A stretch of 64,000 bases of DNA from Escherichia phage RudolfBernhard_Bas96, in sequence record PQ850623.1; one strand, given 5' to 3'. Of this stretch, positions 28,211 through 38,340 are shown piece by piece; within the stretch, counting starts at the first letter, position 1, and every line of letters starts with the position of its first letter. Below the pieces are notes generated by a model. The model had not been told where the DNA came from. It ran no database searches and was given only the letters and a program-made list of their open reading frames with translations. A program made the translations under genes and the position numbers.

Positions 28211-28477
28211 TTAACTACTCTTTTTCAATGCTTCAACTTCGCCATCTTTATACCAAGCATATGGTATTAAGATTTTGCAGCCTTCTGAATCAATGTGGAA
28301 TGCTTTGTTTACTTCAGCAGGTTCTCCACCCATGAAAGAACTAACCTTTCCATTGAGCCAGTGAATAGTAAATTTGTTCATATTAACCCCGGTTGAACCA
28401 ATGGACTGGGGAGAGTATTCCAATCCACTGGTTCGGTTGTTGTTATTCTGGCGGCTTGTCACCACCGTGTTTACCAC
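28211..28477 (-). CDS. Hypothetical protein
   Basis: 88-aa ORF, first gene left of the noncoding region. Confidence 0.4.
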   Translation of the reverse strand: MVNTVVTSRQNNNNRTSGLEYSPQSIGSTGVNMNKFTIHWLNGKVSSFMGGEPAEVNKAFHIDSEGCKILIPYAWYKDGEVEALKKSS

Positions 28478-28612
28478 TGCATTTCCACAGGATAATGACA
28501 GTGATGATAAAAGCTATGTATGGAGCCGACACGTCTATAATCCTGACCAGTAGTAGCATCAGGACTATAAACACTACCACACCTAGCAGCAGCTTCTGAG
28601 CCACCTACCAGA

Positions 28613-29062
28613 TTAACTACGTTTTAGGCCAGCGAACAGTGAAGGCTTCGCAGCAGGTTTCTCTGCTGGTTCTTCAGCCTTAACTTCTTCCTGCACAACT
28701 TCTTCTTGTGCTTCTGGTTCAGCTACTGCTTCTTCAGGTTCCGGCGTAGAACTCTCGTTCGGTCCACCAGTAGAGGTCTGGATTTCTTCTTCCTTTGCCT
28801 CTTCTTCTGCTTCATCCTCAACAACCGGTTCTGGTTCTACCGGACGGTGTTTGGCTTCTTGTGGGTTCTTACGAGGACGGCGAGTCTTCTTCTCTACCAC
28901 GGGGGGGGTGTCATCACTATGACCGACCTCTTCATTGATACCAATGGTGGCAGTACCGTCTGCATTCACCAGGATATTAATGTCCCCGGCAAGATTAACT
29001 TGTTCATTTACATAAGCTTCAATAGCAGCTTCTACTTCAGACTGGTTCAGAACGATTTGCAT
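28613..29062 (-). CDS. Highly acidic protein (Glu/Pro-rich C-terminal half)
   Basis: 149 aa; C-terminal 90 residues dominated by E, P, A, V (EPEPVVEDEAEEEAKEEE...). Confidence 0.5.
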   Translation of the reverse strand: MQIVLNQSEVEAAIEAYVNEQVNLAGDINILVNADGTATIGINEEVGHSDDTPPVVEKKTRRPRKNPQEAKHRPVEPEPVVEDEAEEEAKEEEIQTSTGGPNESSTPEPEEAVAEPEAQEEVVQEEVKAEEPAEKPAAKPSLFAGLKRS

Positions 29063-29063
29063 A

Positions 29064-29618
29064 TTATGCCTTTATTAATTTAATGAGATTCTGGAAAGCT
29101 GGTAGATTTACCCCAGCGTGGATTGCACCGATTGCATCAGCTAAGTGCTCATTCTTATTCAGAAGTTTACCTTTCTTATCCGTGAGCCAGTTGGCTTCAG
29201 GATAGATGGCATGAGCAGCACGAATCATCGTGTCTTTGGATGCTGTTTTATCACCGACCAGTGCAAGTTTGTTTTCAATTGGGGATACTTCAAAGATTGG
29301 ACAATCCAATGCACGGAATGCACCGATTAGTCCTACGCATACACCATAGGACTTCATTCCGTTAGCAGACTGAGAGCCTACTGGTACTTCTACGAATACT
29401 GCTTTAGCAGACCGTAACCATTCCTCACAACCAAGAAACAAATCATGGGCAGCTTGTATATCTTTGGAGTTGGTTCGAACTTGTTTGTTATGGTCAACTT
29501 CAGTTTGAACCAGTTTAAGTTCGACCTGCTCGAAGACACCGGACTCAATGTCCAGCATCCCACGAGCTAATCCCCAATTGCGGAGGCTAATGTCTGCACC
29601 GACAATTGGGATTTTCAT
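29064..29618 (-). CDS. RuvC-like Holliday-junction resolvase (putative)
   Basis: 184 aa; N-terminal IPIVGADISLRNWGLA and C-terminal EHLADAIGAIHAG resemble RuvC catalytic Asp/His motifs. Confidence 0.45.
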   Translation of the reverse strand: MKIPIVGADISLRNWGLARGMLDIESGVFEQVELKLVQTEVDHNKQVRTNSKDIQAAHDLFLGCEEWLRSAKAVFVEVPVGSQSANGMKSYGVCVGLIGAFRALDCPIFEVSPIENKLALVGDKTASKDTMIRAAHAIYPEANWLTDKKGKLLNKNEHLADAIGAIHAGVNLPAFQNLIKLIKA

Positions 29619-30421
29619 TAACGCTTACCGAACAGAGATTTACCACCAGCAGGAGTAGTACCTGTGCCAGCACCTGCACCAGGTTTAGGAGGCAAGCCAC
29701 CTTTACCGTTACCACCAGTAGAACCCTTGGTCTTATCACGGGTTTTACCTTTGTTCTTTTCCAGCCATGCTGCATAGAATACAGCCAGTTCTGGAGTCAG
29801 TTCTTTCTCAGCCTTCTCTGCTTCCTGAGCCTCGACGACTGTGACCAGCAGTTCCGGGTGAAACACTTTCTGAATCTCGTTTACTTCTCGAGTTTCACCG
29901 GAGTCAACGTAACCGTTGTCACCTTTAACCTGCTTAGCTTCCAGAACCTTTTCCAGAGCGAAGGTAACAGTCTGACCAACCAGATCAACTGGAACCATGA
30001 CAGACTTGTTGGTTTCTGCTTTCAGATCGAAGTCATAGACTTTAACAATCTTCTCTTCGAAGTCTGCATCTGGCAGTTCACAACCAGTAGCCATAAGCAT
30101 CATGTCATTAATGACAGTGTAACCAGGCAGGAAGTATTCTTTACCATTCTTCTCGTAAGTCGGCTTATTGCCTTTAGCATTACCAGAAGTAAAGTACACC
30201 TGAGCACGGAACTCACCAGCATCATTGCCGTCAGAACCTTTCAGGTTTTCGATGATTAACTGCATCCAGTCTGCACCAGAGTCAGCTTTACCTACGTAAG
30301 CTACTTTTACAGTACCGGTGTAGATATCGGATTCTTTAGCACCGAAGCCACCCCCACCAAGAGTGTCTTTTGCAGCTTCAACGTTTTTGGTCTTTTCTTT
30401 CAAGTTACCGAACAGTGACAT
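29618..30421 (-). CDS. Single-stranded DNA-binding protein candidate (N4 gp45-like size and position)
   Basis: 267 aa (N4 SSB is about 265 aa); Gly-rich flexible C-terminal tail; assignment by size and position only. Confidence 0.3.
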   Translation of the reverse strand: MSLFGNLKEKTKNVEAAKDTLGGGGFGAKESDIYTGTVKVAYVGKADSGADWMQLIIENLKGSDGNDAGEFRAQVYFTSGNAKGNKPTYEKNGKEYFLPGYTVINDMMLMATGCELPDADFEEKIVKVYDFDLKAETNKSVMVPVDLVGQTVTFALEKVLEAKQVKGDNGYVDSGETREVNEIQKVFHPELLVTVVEAQEAEKAEKELTPELAVFYAAWLEKNKGKTRDKTKGSTGGNGKGGLPPKPGAGAGTGTTPAGGKSLFGKR

Positions 30422-30461
30422 AATATTTTTCCTAATAAGTGATTAACAACCAGGCAAACGC

Positions 30462-30905
30462 TTAAGCGTAGTATTCAGCCAGATGGTCTAAGAGTTTTTG
30501 GGCATCATTGTCGATATAAGTCTGAGATTTATCGAACATACCCATCGGTGAACGAAGTCGTTTACCAACAGACTTCTTGGTTGGACGAGTCTGGAATACG
30601 TGCTTATAGCCTAAGTCACGTTCTTCTTCCGTAATATCAAGCATCTTGTTGCCATACTTTTCCAGTTCTTTGATGTCTACACGTTCTGCGTAAACCACTG
30701 TAGAGAAGTAAGCCTCAAGGCCATTGTTCTTCAGTGAACCCTTAACTGGGATGAATGTTTTCATCACACCAGCAGCTTCGTCGAGTTCATCTTTGGCATG
30801 GGCAGTAATAATTACTGGCTTACCAAACTTAACGACTTTCTGTTGCAGCAGTATTTTAAAGAACTGCGCAAAGTCTCCCCACGATACGTTCAAGAGTGTA
30901 CGCAA
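30462..30905 (-). CDS. C-terminal segment of a split P-loop ATPase (possible exon 2)
   Basis: 147-codon frame with no ATG at its 5' end (track start is TTG); lies downstream of an HNH ORF that follows the Walker A/B half. Confidence 0.4.
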   Translation of the reverse strand: MRTLLNVSWGDFAQFFKILLQQKVVKFGKPVIITAHAKDELDEAAGVMKTFIPVKGSLKNNGLEAYFSTVVYAERVDIKELEKYGNKMLDITEEERDLGYKHVFQTRPTKKSVGKRLRSPMGMFDKSQTYIDNDAQKLLDHLAEYYA

Positions 30906-31050
30906 CTACACTCCCAGCAGCATTACCTGCATCTGCATGTTTCCATGCAGTCCAGACTATATCTTCATCCTCGTTAATTACGATAGGATGCTGACCGCTT
31001 CGAGCAGCATTAGCTTCTGCCCTACTCCATTACTGGATAGTCGTTGCACC

Positions 31051-31542
31051 TTACTTAATCTTTTGTATAGCATGGGGTAAGCCATGCTCAATGATATAGG
31101 CATTTCTCGCTTCCAGAGCTTCAACCTCGGAATCAAAATTACCTACAAAGATTCTTTCATTACCATTGCAGATTCTTGCTGACCATTTTTTCTTAGTGGT
31201 ATTTAAACCTATTCCTAAGTAGGTAGCTTTACTGGTTATTCTTTTTCTGGAATTAATGGCCTGAGTTGTTCTAGTTGCCCATCTCAGATTTCCTGGTACA
31301 TACCCCAGTGAACCATCTATTCTGTCTAAAGTAAGACCCAGCCTTTCCCTGTCTGCATAACCATCTAATGACTCTAGATAGGCAGCAAACACTTTGAAGT
31401 CAGAGAACTCTTCTGCTCTAGTTATCCCCCTAGCCCCATAGTTTTTATAACTAGCGTGCTTAGGGTTGTCACATCTCTGTTTAATGGTTAACCATGTGTA
31501 ATACAGAGGATGTAATTCATTACCGAATCTTTTCTTACTCAT
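31051..31542 (-). CDS. HNH-family homing endonuclease with AP2 DNA-binding domain (degenerate HNH)
   Basis: 163 aa; LDRIDGSLGYVPGNLRWAT (HNH_3-like with His replaced) plus C-terminal AP2-like YLGIGLNTTKKKWSARI...FDSEVEALEARNAY; flanked by about 130-145 bp of noncoding sequence on each side. Confidence 0.55.
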   Translation of the reverse strand: MSKKRFGNELHPLYYTWLTIKQRCDNPKHASYKNYGARGITRAEEFSDFKVFAAYLESLDGYADRERLGLTLDRIDGSLGYVPGNLRWATRTTQAINSRKRITSKATYLGIGLNTTKKKWSARICNGNERIFVGNFDSEVEALEARNAYIIEHGLPHAIQKIK

Positions 31543-31674
31543 GTTTGTAACTCCGTTAATAAAAACCGGAGAAAGATTAAGTCTTGGCTCAGGATTGCCC
31601 TCGTCTTTACGTTAGGGGTTTCCCTGAATTCAATCAGTTATCATTAATCATTACTGACTAACGGGCCTTAGTAG

Positions 31675-32010
31675 TTAAGCCTTTTGGGTATTAGCAGATG
31701 GCAATACATATTGGGATTCCAGCATGTCCATCATAAAGGTAGCAGAGTCGATAATGATACCATCAACATCATCTGCCATTTCACCACCAGGTGATGCAAC
31801 ATCAAATGCTTCCCAAATCTGGTATGGGTCTTCAATGTTGTAAGTATTGAACTTGTTACGGAAAGGCAGACGTTTACCTGCTTCAGTATTCAGATAGAGC
31901 CAGCGTTCCTGGTTCCGGATATTACGCAGTGATGCTGATTTACCACTCGCTGAGAATCCTGCGATCAGGATTAGCTGAGTGTTCATATCATTGGAGATTT
32001 CTTCGGACAT
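31675..32010 (-). CDS. N-terminal segment of a split P-loop ATPase (possible exon 1)
   Basis: 111 aa; Walker A GFSASGKS and Walker B-like GIIIDSATF; too short to be a complete ATPase. Confidence 0.45.
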   Translation of the reverse strand: MSEEISNDMNTQLILIAGFSASGKSASLRNIRNQERWLYLNTEAGKRLPFRNKFNTYNIEDPYQIWEAFDVASPGGEMADDVDGIIIDSATFMMDMLESQYVLPSANTQKA

Positions 32011-32066
32011 TATTTTTCCTCGTTTAGTTTAGGAGTCCTTCAAACCAAAGAAAGACTCCTGTTTAC

Positions 32067-34220
32067 TTACTTGCCAGCGAAGCGTTTAGCCACGGTGACC
32101 ATTACGGTTGAATTCAATTCATCATCCGGCAATGGATTAGCCAGTTTCTTATTGAATGAGTAGACGGCTTGCTGTACTTGAGCAAAGTCCCAACCACTGT
32201 CTACTAATGCCAGTGCGTATTTAATCATTTGATTATTACGATTACCGGAGGCAATACGACCAGCGAACCAACGCTCCAGATTGTCTAACGACTGTACTTC
32301 CTTCATCTGGTTCTGGAACTGCTCGTTCTTACTGGTACGGGGAATAAAGTCACGTACATCCAACAGATTCGCATCAAGATTGTAATGATAGGAACCAGTC
32401 TCACAGGACATCCACTTCTTGGCTCGTTGGTTAGCAGACTCATCCGTTTCGAATGGTAGCCAAGCCATAACGTTATTCATGAACTCTTTGTATTCCTCAG
32501 TGTCGAGGTGTAGCTCATAGTTCATTGGAATAATCAGACGGAAGCGGTTCTCTTCTTCAGTATGACGCTTAGTGGTATAGGTCATGAACTTATATTCCTT
32601 CATCAGTTCATGGCACGTATGCAGTGGTACTCCTCCATCACAGTCAATAACAATCATGTTAAATCCTGGGATAACGTTCTCTTCAGAACGATGCCCATTC
32701 TTCATGTGATGGTTAACCCAGTGCATACCGGGAGCTTGGGTTAATACATGTAATTGGTCAAACGGTACTCGTTCACCAACATAGTCATAAGCAAAGCTAT
32801 CACTATATGCCACTATCATCTCATTGGTGTCAGTCTCTTTCAGAGTCTCACCACGGAAGAATTCAATACCCTCATTGAAGGTCTTCTTAATAATGATGTG
32901 CTGTTTGTAACCCCATGCTGTAGCAAGAGTCATCATCTCATTACGAGCTGCATTACCACTCTTATAGAACGGTAATGACTCCAGCAAGTCAGCATGAGTC
33001 ACTTCTTTACCTACGGAGGCAATGTACTTAGCCAGCTTCACATAGGCTTTCTCACGATTGAGAATACCCTGGAATGCTGCCCCGGATTCTTCTACGAGCA
33101 GGATCGCTTGTTTAAGGTGAGACATCTCAATGAATGAACTCTGGTCAACAAACGCTAGTGCACCTGCCAGCTTAAGAGCCTTAAAGTAACGGTGGGAGAT
33201 TTCAGCCTTACGAATTTCTTCGTGGTCAGCCATAGCTTCTGCTTTCTTCTCACAATCAATTTTGTAAGTAATCAGAGCAATTCCCACTGCATCTTCCACA
33301 ACCATCTTAAAACCAAACAGGTTTGGGTCAGCCAGACTATGGAAGTGGTTAGCCCATTTACCAAGGGACTGTACGTTATCCTGCTTAATCAGGTTACGGT
33401 AGATTTCTTCCGGGGTCAGCGTTGCATGTGCTCGCTTGTCTAAATGCCCGATGGCAAACAGACAACGACGTGCATACCCTGTATCAAGGAAATCATAGAA
33501 CTGATCTTCAGTTTGCCCACCATCCAACAGCTTACTCGGAGTACCGAACAGCAGCAGGTTAGCAGGAGTCTTACCATCCAGTTCTTCACCACGAATACTT
33601 TCAGCAGTGTTCTTGGTTAACTTCTGTTTTACTTTCCCCTGGTCATATAACTCAAGGAACAGGTTAAGCACTTCAACGTTGGCAATGAGGTTAGAACCAA
33701 TCTCATCAATCTGTAAGTTAATAGCACCACAACCAGCCATAAGCAGCTTGTGACGAAGCTGTTTTACAGCAGGTGCTGTACCAGAGTCGAATGTGAATGG
33801 GAATGCCCCAGCACGTTTATACTCTGCTTCAACTTTATCGAACTCATCATTCTGGTCAGTACCTTGACGAGCAGCACGTTCGTTAGCAATCTTCCATAAA
33901 CGGTCATTTGCAATGACGGGCATGGTGTCTTCCATAAAACGTTTACGGAAGCCAGTCATGAACCCGTCTTCAATAATATTTACCGAGTGACCTTTACCGA
34001 AACCAGATGTAGCCAACGCCATAGCGTAGATGTTTACCGGCAGGTCACCACGGTCTTTAGTTACGATGGTTGCACCCATGCAGGATGCCATTTTAGCCAA
34101 GAAGTAGGCTACTTCGACACGGAAGAATCCCCGGTCGTTATTCTGGGTTTTATTGCAGAGCACATCTACGATTTCTTCAATCGCCGGATGGTGCACTACT
34201 CCGGTAAGGTCAATACTCAT
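32067..34220 (-). CDS. Primase-like replication protein (putative DNA primase)
   Basis: About 717 aa from ATG 34220, which overlaps the upstream stop as ATGA (track start 34277); large replication-module protein between nuclease and ATPase genes; function by size and position. Confidence 0.35.
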   Translation of the reverse strand: MSIDLTGVVHHPAIEEIVDVLCNKTQNNDRGFFRVEVAYFLAKMASCMGATIVTKDRGDLPVNIYAMALATSGFGKGHSVNIIEDGFMTGFRKRFMEDTMPVIANDRLWKIANERAARQGTDQNDEFDKVEAEYKRAGAFPFTFDSGTAPAVKQLRHKLLMAGCGAINLQIDEIGSNLIANVEVLNLFLELYDQGKVKQKLTKNTAESIRGEELDGKTPANLLLFGTPSKLLDGGQTEDQFYDFLDTGYARRCLFAIGHLDKRAHATLTPEEIYRNLIKQDNVQSLGKWANHFHSLADPNLFGFKMVVEDAVGIALITYKIDCEKKAEAMADHEEIRKAEISHRYFKALKLAGALAFVDQSSFIEMSHLKQAILLVEESGAAFQGILNREKAYVKLAKYIASVGKEVTHADLLESLPFYKSGNAARNEMMTLATAWGYKQHIIIKKTFNEGIEFFRGETLKETDTNEMIVAYSDSFAYDYVGERVPFDQLHVLTQAPGMHWVNHHMKNGHRSEENVIPGFNMIVIDCDGGVPLHTCHELMKEYKFMTYTTKRHTEEENRFRLIIPMNYELHLDTEEYKEFMNNVMAWLPFETDESANQRAKKWMSCETGSYHYNLDANLLDVRDFIPRTSKNEQFQNQMKEVQSLDNLERWFAGRIASGNRNNQMIKYALALVDSGWDFAQVQQAVYSFNKKLANPLPDDELNSTVMVTVAKRFAGK

Positions 34221-35197
34221 GATGGAAAATATCTCTCTCTTTGTTTGCAAATAGATGCGACAGGGCAGTAAAGACATCTTTTAACCTGTCCCTCCACGAC
34301 CTTGATAGCACCCTTGCCACCTTTTTCAGCCATGAAGATACGAGCAGATGCCATATCGTCAAAGTTTTTGGTACTTCTGGCTCCAGGTACATCTACCTTA
34401 GAAGCATCAGAGAAGTATTTGAACTGTGGCTCTGTTCGCCACAACTCCTCGTCAGTACATTCCGGGATTTCCTCTTCCGGTGCATCCCAGTACTTTTCGA
34501 TTAGGTGAATCTTCTCCTCTACCCAACGCTCAGTTTTCTCGACAGACAGCAACGGAATATCCTTATGCATAATGCGATTAGCAGGATAGTTCGGATTGCT
34601 ATTAGCCATGTGTTTCATGAAGTCAGTGAAGATGTAGTTAATACGGATTACATCCTCAGTAATGATGTCGTTGTGAATCCAACGGTACAAGCTGCCTTGC
34701 ATCTTGTGTTCATCATCACGGGAACCAGCAACCCAGGAATAGGTTGAGGTAGACTTGAAGTCTTGTAACAGACCTTCTGTTACGATGTCGAATTTACCAC
34801 CAATAGTCCATCCCTTAACCTGCTTGGTTCCACGCTGTTCAATGTAGATTGGGATAAGGTCAGGATTAGCAGCAAAGTCTGCTTTGGTTGGGTTAATGAC
34901 TACTGCATCAATTACTCGCTGAGGATAACCTAGCTTCTTCAATGCAGTCTTATGGCCTAGCTTCCAGGCTTTCTCGATAGAATCATGTAAGCCAGTACCC
35001 ATTGATGTGGAGACGAAATCCATGACATCAATTGACTGGTCACTAAAATCTACACGATGCTTCATGACGATTTGCTTAATAGGCTTAAGCAATGTAGTAG
35101 CAGACAGGTACTTAGGATTGTCTACGTAATCGTACTCATCATGTAATAGCCATACAGCCAGAGCCAGTGAGACATCATGATTGTTGGTTACCTTCAT
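34217..35197 (-). CDS. PD-(D/E)xK-type nuclease with C-terminal Cys cluster (RecB/Cas4-like)
   Basis: 326 aa; GKFDIVTEG...QDFK fits a D...(D/E)xK core; C-terminal CLYCPVASIC. Confidence 0.4.
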   Translation of the reverse strand: MKVTNNHDVSLALAVWLLHDEYDYVDNPKYLSATTLLKPIKQIVMKHRVDFSDQSIDVMDFVSTSMGTGLHDSIEKAWKLGHKTALKKLGYPQRVIDAVVINPTKADFAANPDLIPIYIEQRGTKQVKGWTIGGKFDIVTEGLLQDFKSTSTYSWVAGSRDDEHKMQGSLYRWIHNDIITEDVIRINYIFTDFMKHMANSNPNYPANRIMHKDIPLLSVEKTERWVEEKIHLIEKYWDAPEEEIPECTDEELWRTEPQFKYFSDASKVDVPGARSTKNFDDMASARIFMAEKGGKGAIKVVEGQVKRCLYCPVASICKQRERYFPS

Positions 35198-35459
35198 TGT
35201 AAGCCTTTTTCAATATTCGATTAGCATAATGCACAATCTTCTCTGAGTCGTACACCGAAGAGTTACCTGGTTTACCATTACCCATACGGGCAGCAGCATT
35301 TCGCCATAGAGCTTTAAAGGCACAACCTTCATCGAAGGTCATGCCCAGTGCTTGGATAATATCCTCACACTCTGCTTGATATGGCTCTTGCTCTTTCCGT
35401 TGGGGATTCTTAATTAAAACTACATAGTAGTTATTAAGACCACCGGAGAGCTTAGTCAT
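35175..35459 (-). CDS. Hypothetical protein
   Basis: 94-aa ORF; coupled to neighbours (overlapping stop/start). Confidence 0.4.
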   Translation of the reverse strand: MTKLSGGLNNYYVVLIKNPQRKEQEPYQAECEDIIQALGMTFDEGCAFKALWRNAAARMGNGKPGNSSVYDSEKIVHYANRILKKAYNEGNQQS

Positions 35460-35764
35460 TATTCCCCCTTGGGAATCATGTTTGCCTGGAACTCTGGTTC
35501 AGACATCAGACCCAGGTTGCTAAGAGACAGATAAACAATATCTTTCAGGTCAACTGAGGTGTCGAAACGCTGGTCCAGACTAATCTTCAGGGAGTGATTG
35601 ACACGGGCCAAATCTTTATAAGTCACATGAGGTTCGTCAGTGAGCAGCATTGTATTCATGGTAAGCAGGGAACCATCATCTGCTTTAGGAAGCTGGAAGA
35701 TTACCTGTGCTGCCACCATCCAATGATACTTTTTGACGACGGTTTCTTTAGTACTTTTAGTCAT
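35459..35764 (-). CDS. Hypothetical protein
   Basis: 101-aa ORF; ATGA-type overlap with the DNA polymerase gene. Confidence 0.4.
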   Translation of the reverse strand: MTKSTKETVVKKYHWMVAAQVIFQLPKADDGSLLTMNTMLLTDEPHVTYKDLARVNHSLKISLDQRFDTSVDLKDIVYLSLSNLGLMSEPEFQANMIPKGE

Positions 35765-38340
35765 GCGAATGCCTTTTGAATTATTTGATTAACTTCTTCT
35801 GGGGTAGCGTGATTTGGAATCTCAATCTCGTTAGCCCACGTTGGGTAAAACAAGGATAGTTCCCCACCCAAACCAACTTCTGGATGAGCAATATCAGGAT
35901 GGTCTTGCCAGTTAACGGCTTTAACCAAGTGCTTGTTCGTGTACTGCAAGGTATCCATGTTGTCACGAATCATGAAGTACTGAGCATCATGAATGTGAAT
36001 ACTAGGACGTATATCTAATCTGAACTCACTGGCTCTGACTTTACGCATAAATTCTGAACCAGCACGGTTATTCAGTAGACACCAGCTTTGTCCCAAGGCA
36101 TTACCAGCAGTTCTACCTTCAGCCTCTGCTTCATATGGAGTCTTACATGTCCCACGTAAAACCTGAGCCAGTAAAGGAGTACGCACTCTCAAACCAAATG
36201 CAGCAGTTATATATCCAGTCTTGGCAGCTTCGTCTAGCTTAGCCTGAACCCACATATCACTAACTACATAGAGGTCGTGATAACGTTTCTCTGTTGTTTT
36301 AGCTTTCTCTTCTGAGAAGCCACAGTTTTTCATCAAGCCCATGTACGTGCCACCATAGGTAAGCAAGAATGTTGGGGCTTTAGAATCACTACGCAAGTGC
36401 TTGTACTTCGTCTGAATAGAATTAATTGACTCAACTGTATCTACAATATCTGGCATCTGCTCACCGAAGTAAGCATACGCACGAAGACTATGCCCATCGT
36501 AACCATCGGTATACACCTTAAGTTTCTGAGGGTCTTTCGTAGTCAATGCAGATATTCTGTCTTCCAGTGAGGCGAAGTCCAAACCGCAAAATATCCAGCC
36601 AGGAGGGGCTTCGAAGCATTTCTTAATCTTCTTGGCATATTTAGAACCGGATGGAATTGTTTGTAGATTTGGCTCTGAAGCCGATAGCCTACCGGAGACT
36701 GTGCCTCCCAGATTGAGGTTGCCGAACAGATAGTGCCAGCCATCCGGCCCCGGTTGGGCATTCCTGAAAGCTGGTATAAAACTAGTGATAATCTTATCCA
36801 CGAGTTTATAGTCGATAAGTGCATTGAGCAGTTCCTTAACATCTTCACTCTGCGTATGTGTACGCAGTGCTTTAATAGTGTCACCGTCAGTAGCAGGTTG
36901 CTTGCTCTTAGTAAGACTAAGAACCGGTAAACCAATGTAATCAAATAACAGTTTCTGTAATTGTGGACCGGAGTTAGGATTAAACTCGATGTCACAATCA
37001 GCCAATGTTACCTGCTTCTTCTTAAGCTTAGCATTCTTATCGTCTACCCATTCCTGACGAAGCATCAGGGTGAAATTCTTCATGAGCTTAGACTCACGAA
37101 TAGTTTTCAAAGCCTGGTTCCTGTCAGTTTCCATTTCTTCAGCCACTTGGTTAACGGTTTCCATATTCATAGGCATACCGGTTAACTGCATCTGAATAAT
37201 GTCTTCACAGGCTGGTTTAAAGATGTTGTTGTAAACATCCAGTTGATCGTCAGCAATGAGAGTATCCCAGTGCTTCTCGTAGGTGTACCACGTACACAAA
37301 CCATCAATGAGGTTGTAGCGTAACAGTTGCTCATTAGGAATAAGACGTATGTCTTTAATATCATCCTGAGCGTAGTTACCTGCATACTCCTGAGCCTGGT
37401 CTTTCAGACTAAGGTGATTACCAGCACAACTGTTAGTAGCCAGGTAGGTGATTAACTTAGTACAGTCCCAATTACGTAGCATGATTTCCATGCCATGCAG
37501 TAAGCCTTCTGTATCAATCAGGTTATCCATGAATAACTGATAGATAAGTATGTACACGTCATAGCTAATGTTGTGATACATCTGCCGTTGAGTGTATTTA
37601 ATGAAGAACTCACGCAATAGGTTACGAACAACATCATTCCTGTTGATACGCCCATAAGGAGCTTCAGTAGCCCCCTTAATTGGCTCGTAGTCCACATTAA
37701 AAGCTATGCCTTGTGTCTTACTCCAACAGAATGTAATCGTTCCTATGCCTGCGTTATAGTGCTTTAAACCGAAGGATTCGATGTCTATAGCCAGAGGCTT
37801 ATTCATCTCAAGCAACTGGTCTAGCCAGGCTTTAATCTTTTCGGGTGTATCTGGGTAGGCCTCAAACTCAATGATTCCCTGACCTGGTTCAGCATACTGT
37901 CCACGAATGTGGTTAAGTAATGCATCCATACCCTGAGCAATCTTAGCTTTTACTACGGGTGGGTCGTAAAAGACCTGTCTGTAGCTGGGTGTATAGATAA
38001 CCTTCTGCTTACCCCATACTGAGTCACAAACATAGCCGAGGTTAGCCTCTGCTTTAGCTTCTTTAGTCAGTATTTTGAAATAGTCAGAATCGGTACAGAT
38101 AATGTACTGAGTCTCTGCATCGTCCAGTACTTGTTGCAGTTCCTGCTGTATGAACTCCTTAATCTCCCTTGCAGGAGTCTTCTTCTTGCCTGGGGCAGAA
38201 TGAAGTTCAAGGAAGATGAAATCTTCCATACTTAGGTCATAAGGCAGCAGGTAGGTTTTAATCATCTCCTCCCTTCGGATTTGATGACCGAGGATAGCAA
38301 TAGGATACTTGCCAGTATCCTGAGAGGTGATGTAACGCAT
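35761..38340 (-). CDS. DNA polymerase, family A, with 3'-5' exonuclease domain (N4 gp39-like)
   Basis: 859 aa; exo motif AIDIESFGL; Pol A motif A LDFASLEDR, motif B KAPTFLLTYGG, motif C IHDAQ. Confidence 0.85.
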   Translation of the reverse strand: MRYITSQDTGKYPIAILGHQIRREEMIKTYLLPYDLSMEDFIFLELHSAPGKKKTPAREIKEFIQQELQQVLDDAETQYIICTDSDYFKILTKEAKAEANLGYVCDSVWGKQKVIYTPSYRQVFYDPPVVKAKIAQGMDALLNHIRGQYAEPGQGIIEFEAYPDTPEKIKAWLDQLLEMNKPLAIDIESFGLKHYNAGIGTITFCWSKTQGIAFNVDYEPIKGATEAPYGRINRNDVVRNLLREFFIKYTQRQMYHNISYDVYILIYQLFMDNLIDTEGLLHGMEIMLRNWDCTKLITYLATNSCAGNHLSLKDQAQEYAGNYAQDDIKDIRLIPNEQLLRYNLIDGLCTWYTYEKHWDTLIADDQLDVYNNIFKPACEDIIQMQLTGMPMNMETVNQVAEEMETDRNQALKTIRESKLMKNFTLMLRQEWVDDKNAKLKKKQVTLADCDIEFNPNSGPQLQKLLFDYIGLPVLSLTKSKQPATDGDTIKALRTHTQSEDVKELLNALIDYKLVDKIITSFIPAFRNAQPGPDGWHYLFGNLNLGGTVSGRLSASEPNLQTIPSGSKYAKKIKKCFEAPPGWIFCGLDFASLEDRISALTTKDPQKLKVYTDGYDGHSLRAYAYFGEQMPDIVDTVESINSIQTKYKHLRSDSKAPTFLLTYGGTYMGLMKNCGFSEEKAKTTEKRYHDLYVVSDMWVQAKLDEAAKTGYITAAFGLRVRTPLLAQVLRGTCKTPYEAEAEGRTAGNALGQSWCLLNNRAGSEFMRKVRASEFRLDIRPSIHIHDAQYFMIRDNMDTLQYTNKHLVKAVNWQDHPDIAHPEVGLGGELSLFYPTWANEIEIPNHATPEEVNQIIQKAFA

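Noticed and set aside
29606-30259. 217-aa + strand ORF opposite the SSB-like gene
   Set aside because: Lies in the leftward early/middle unit where every supported gene is on the - strand; no RBS found.
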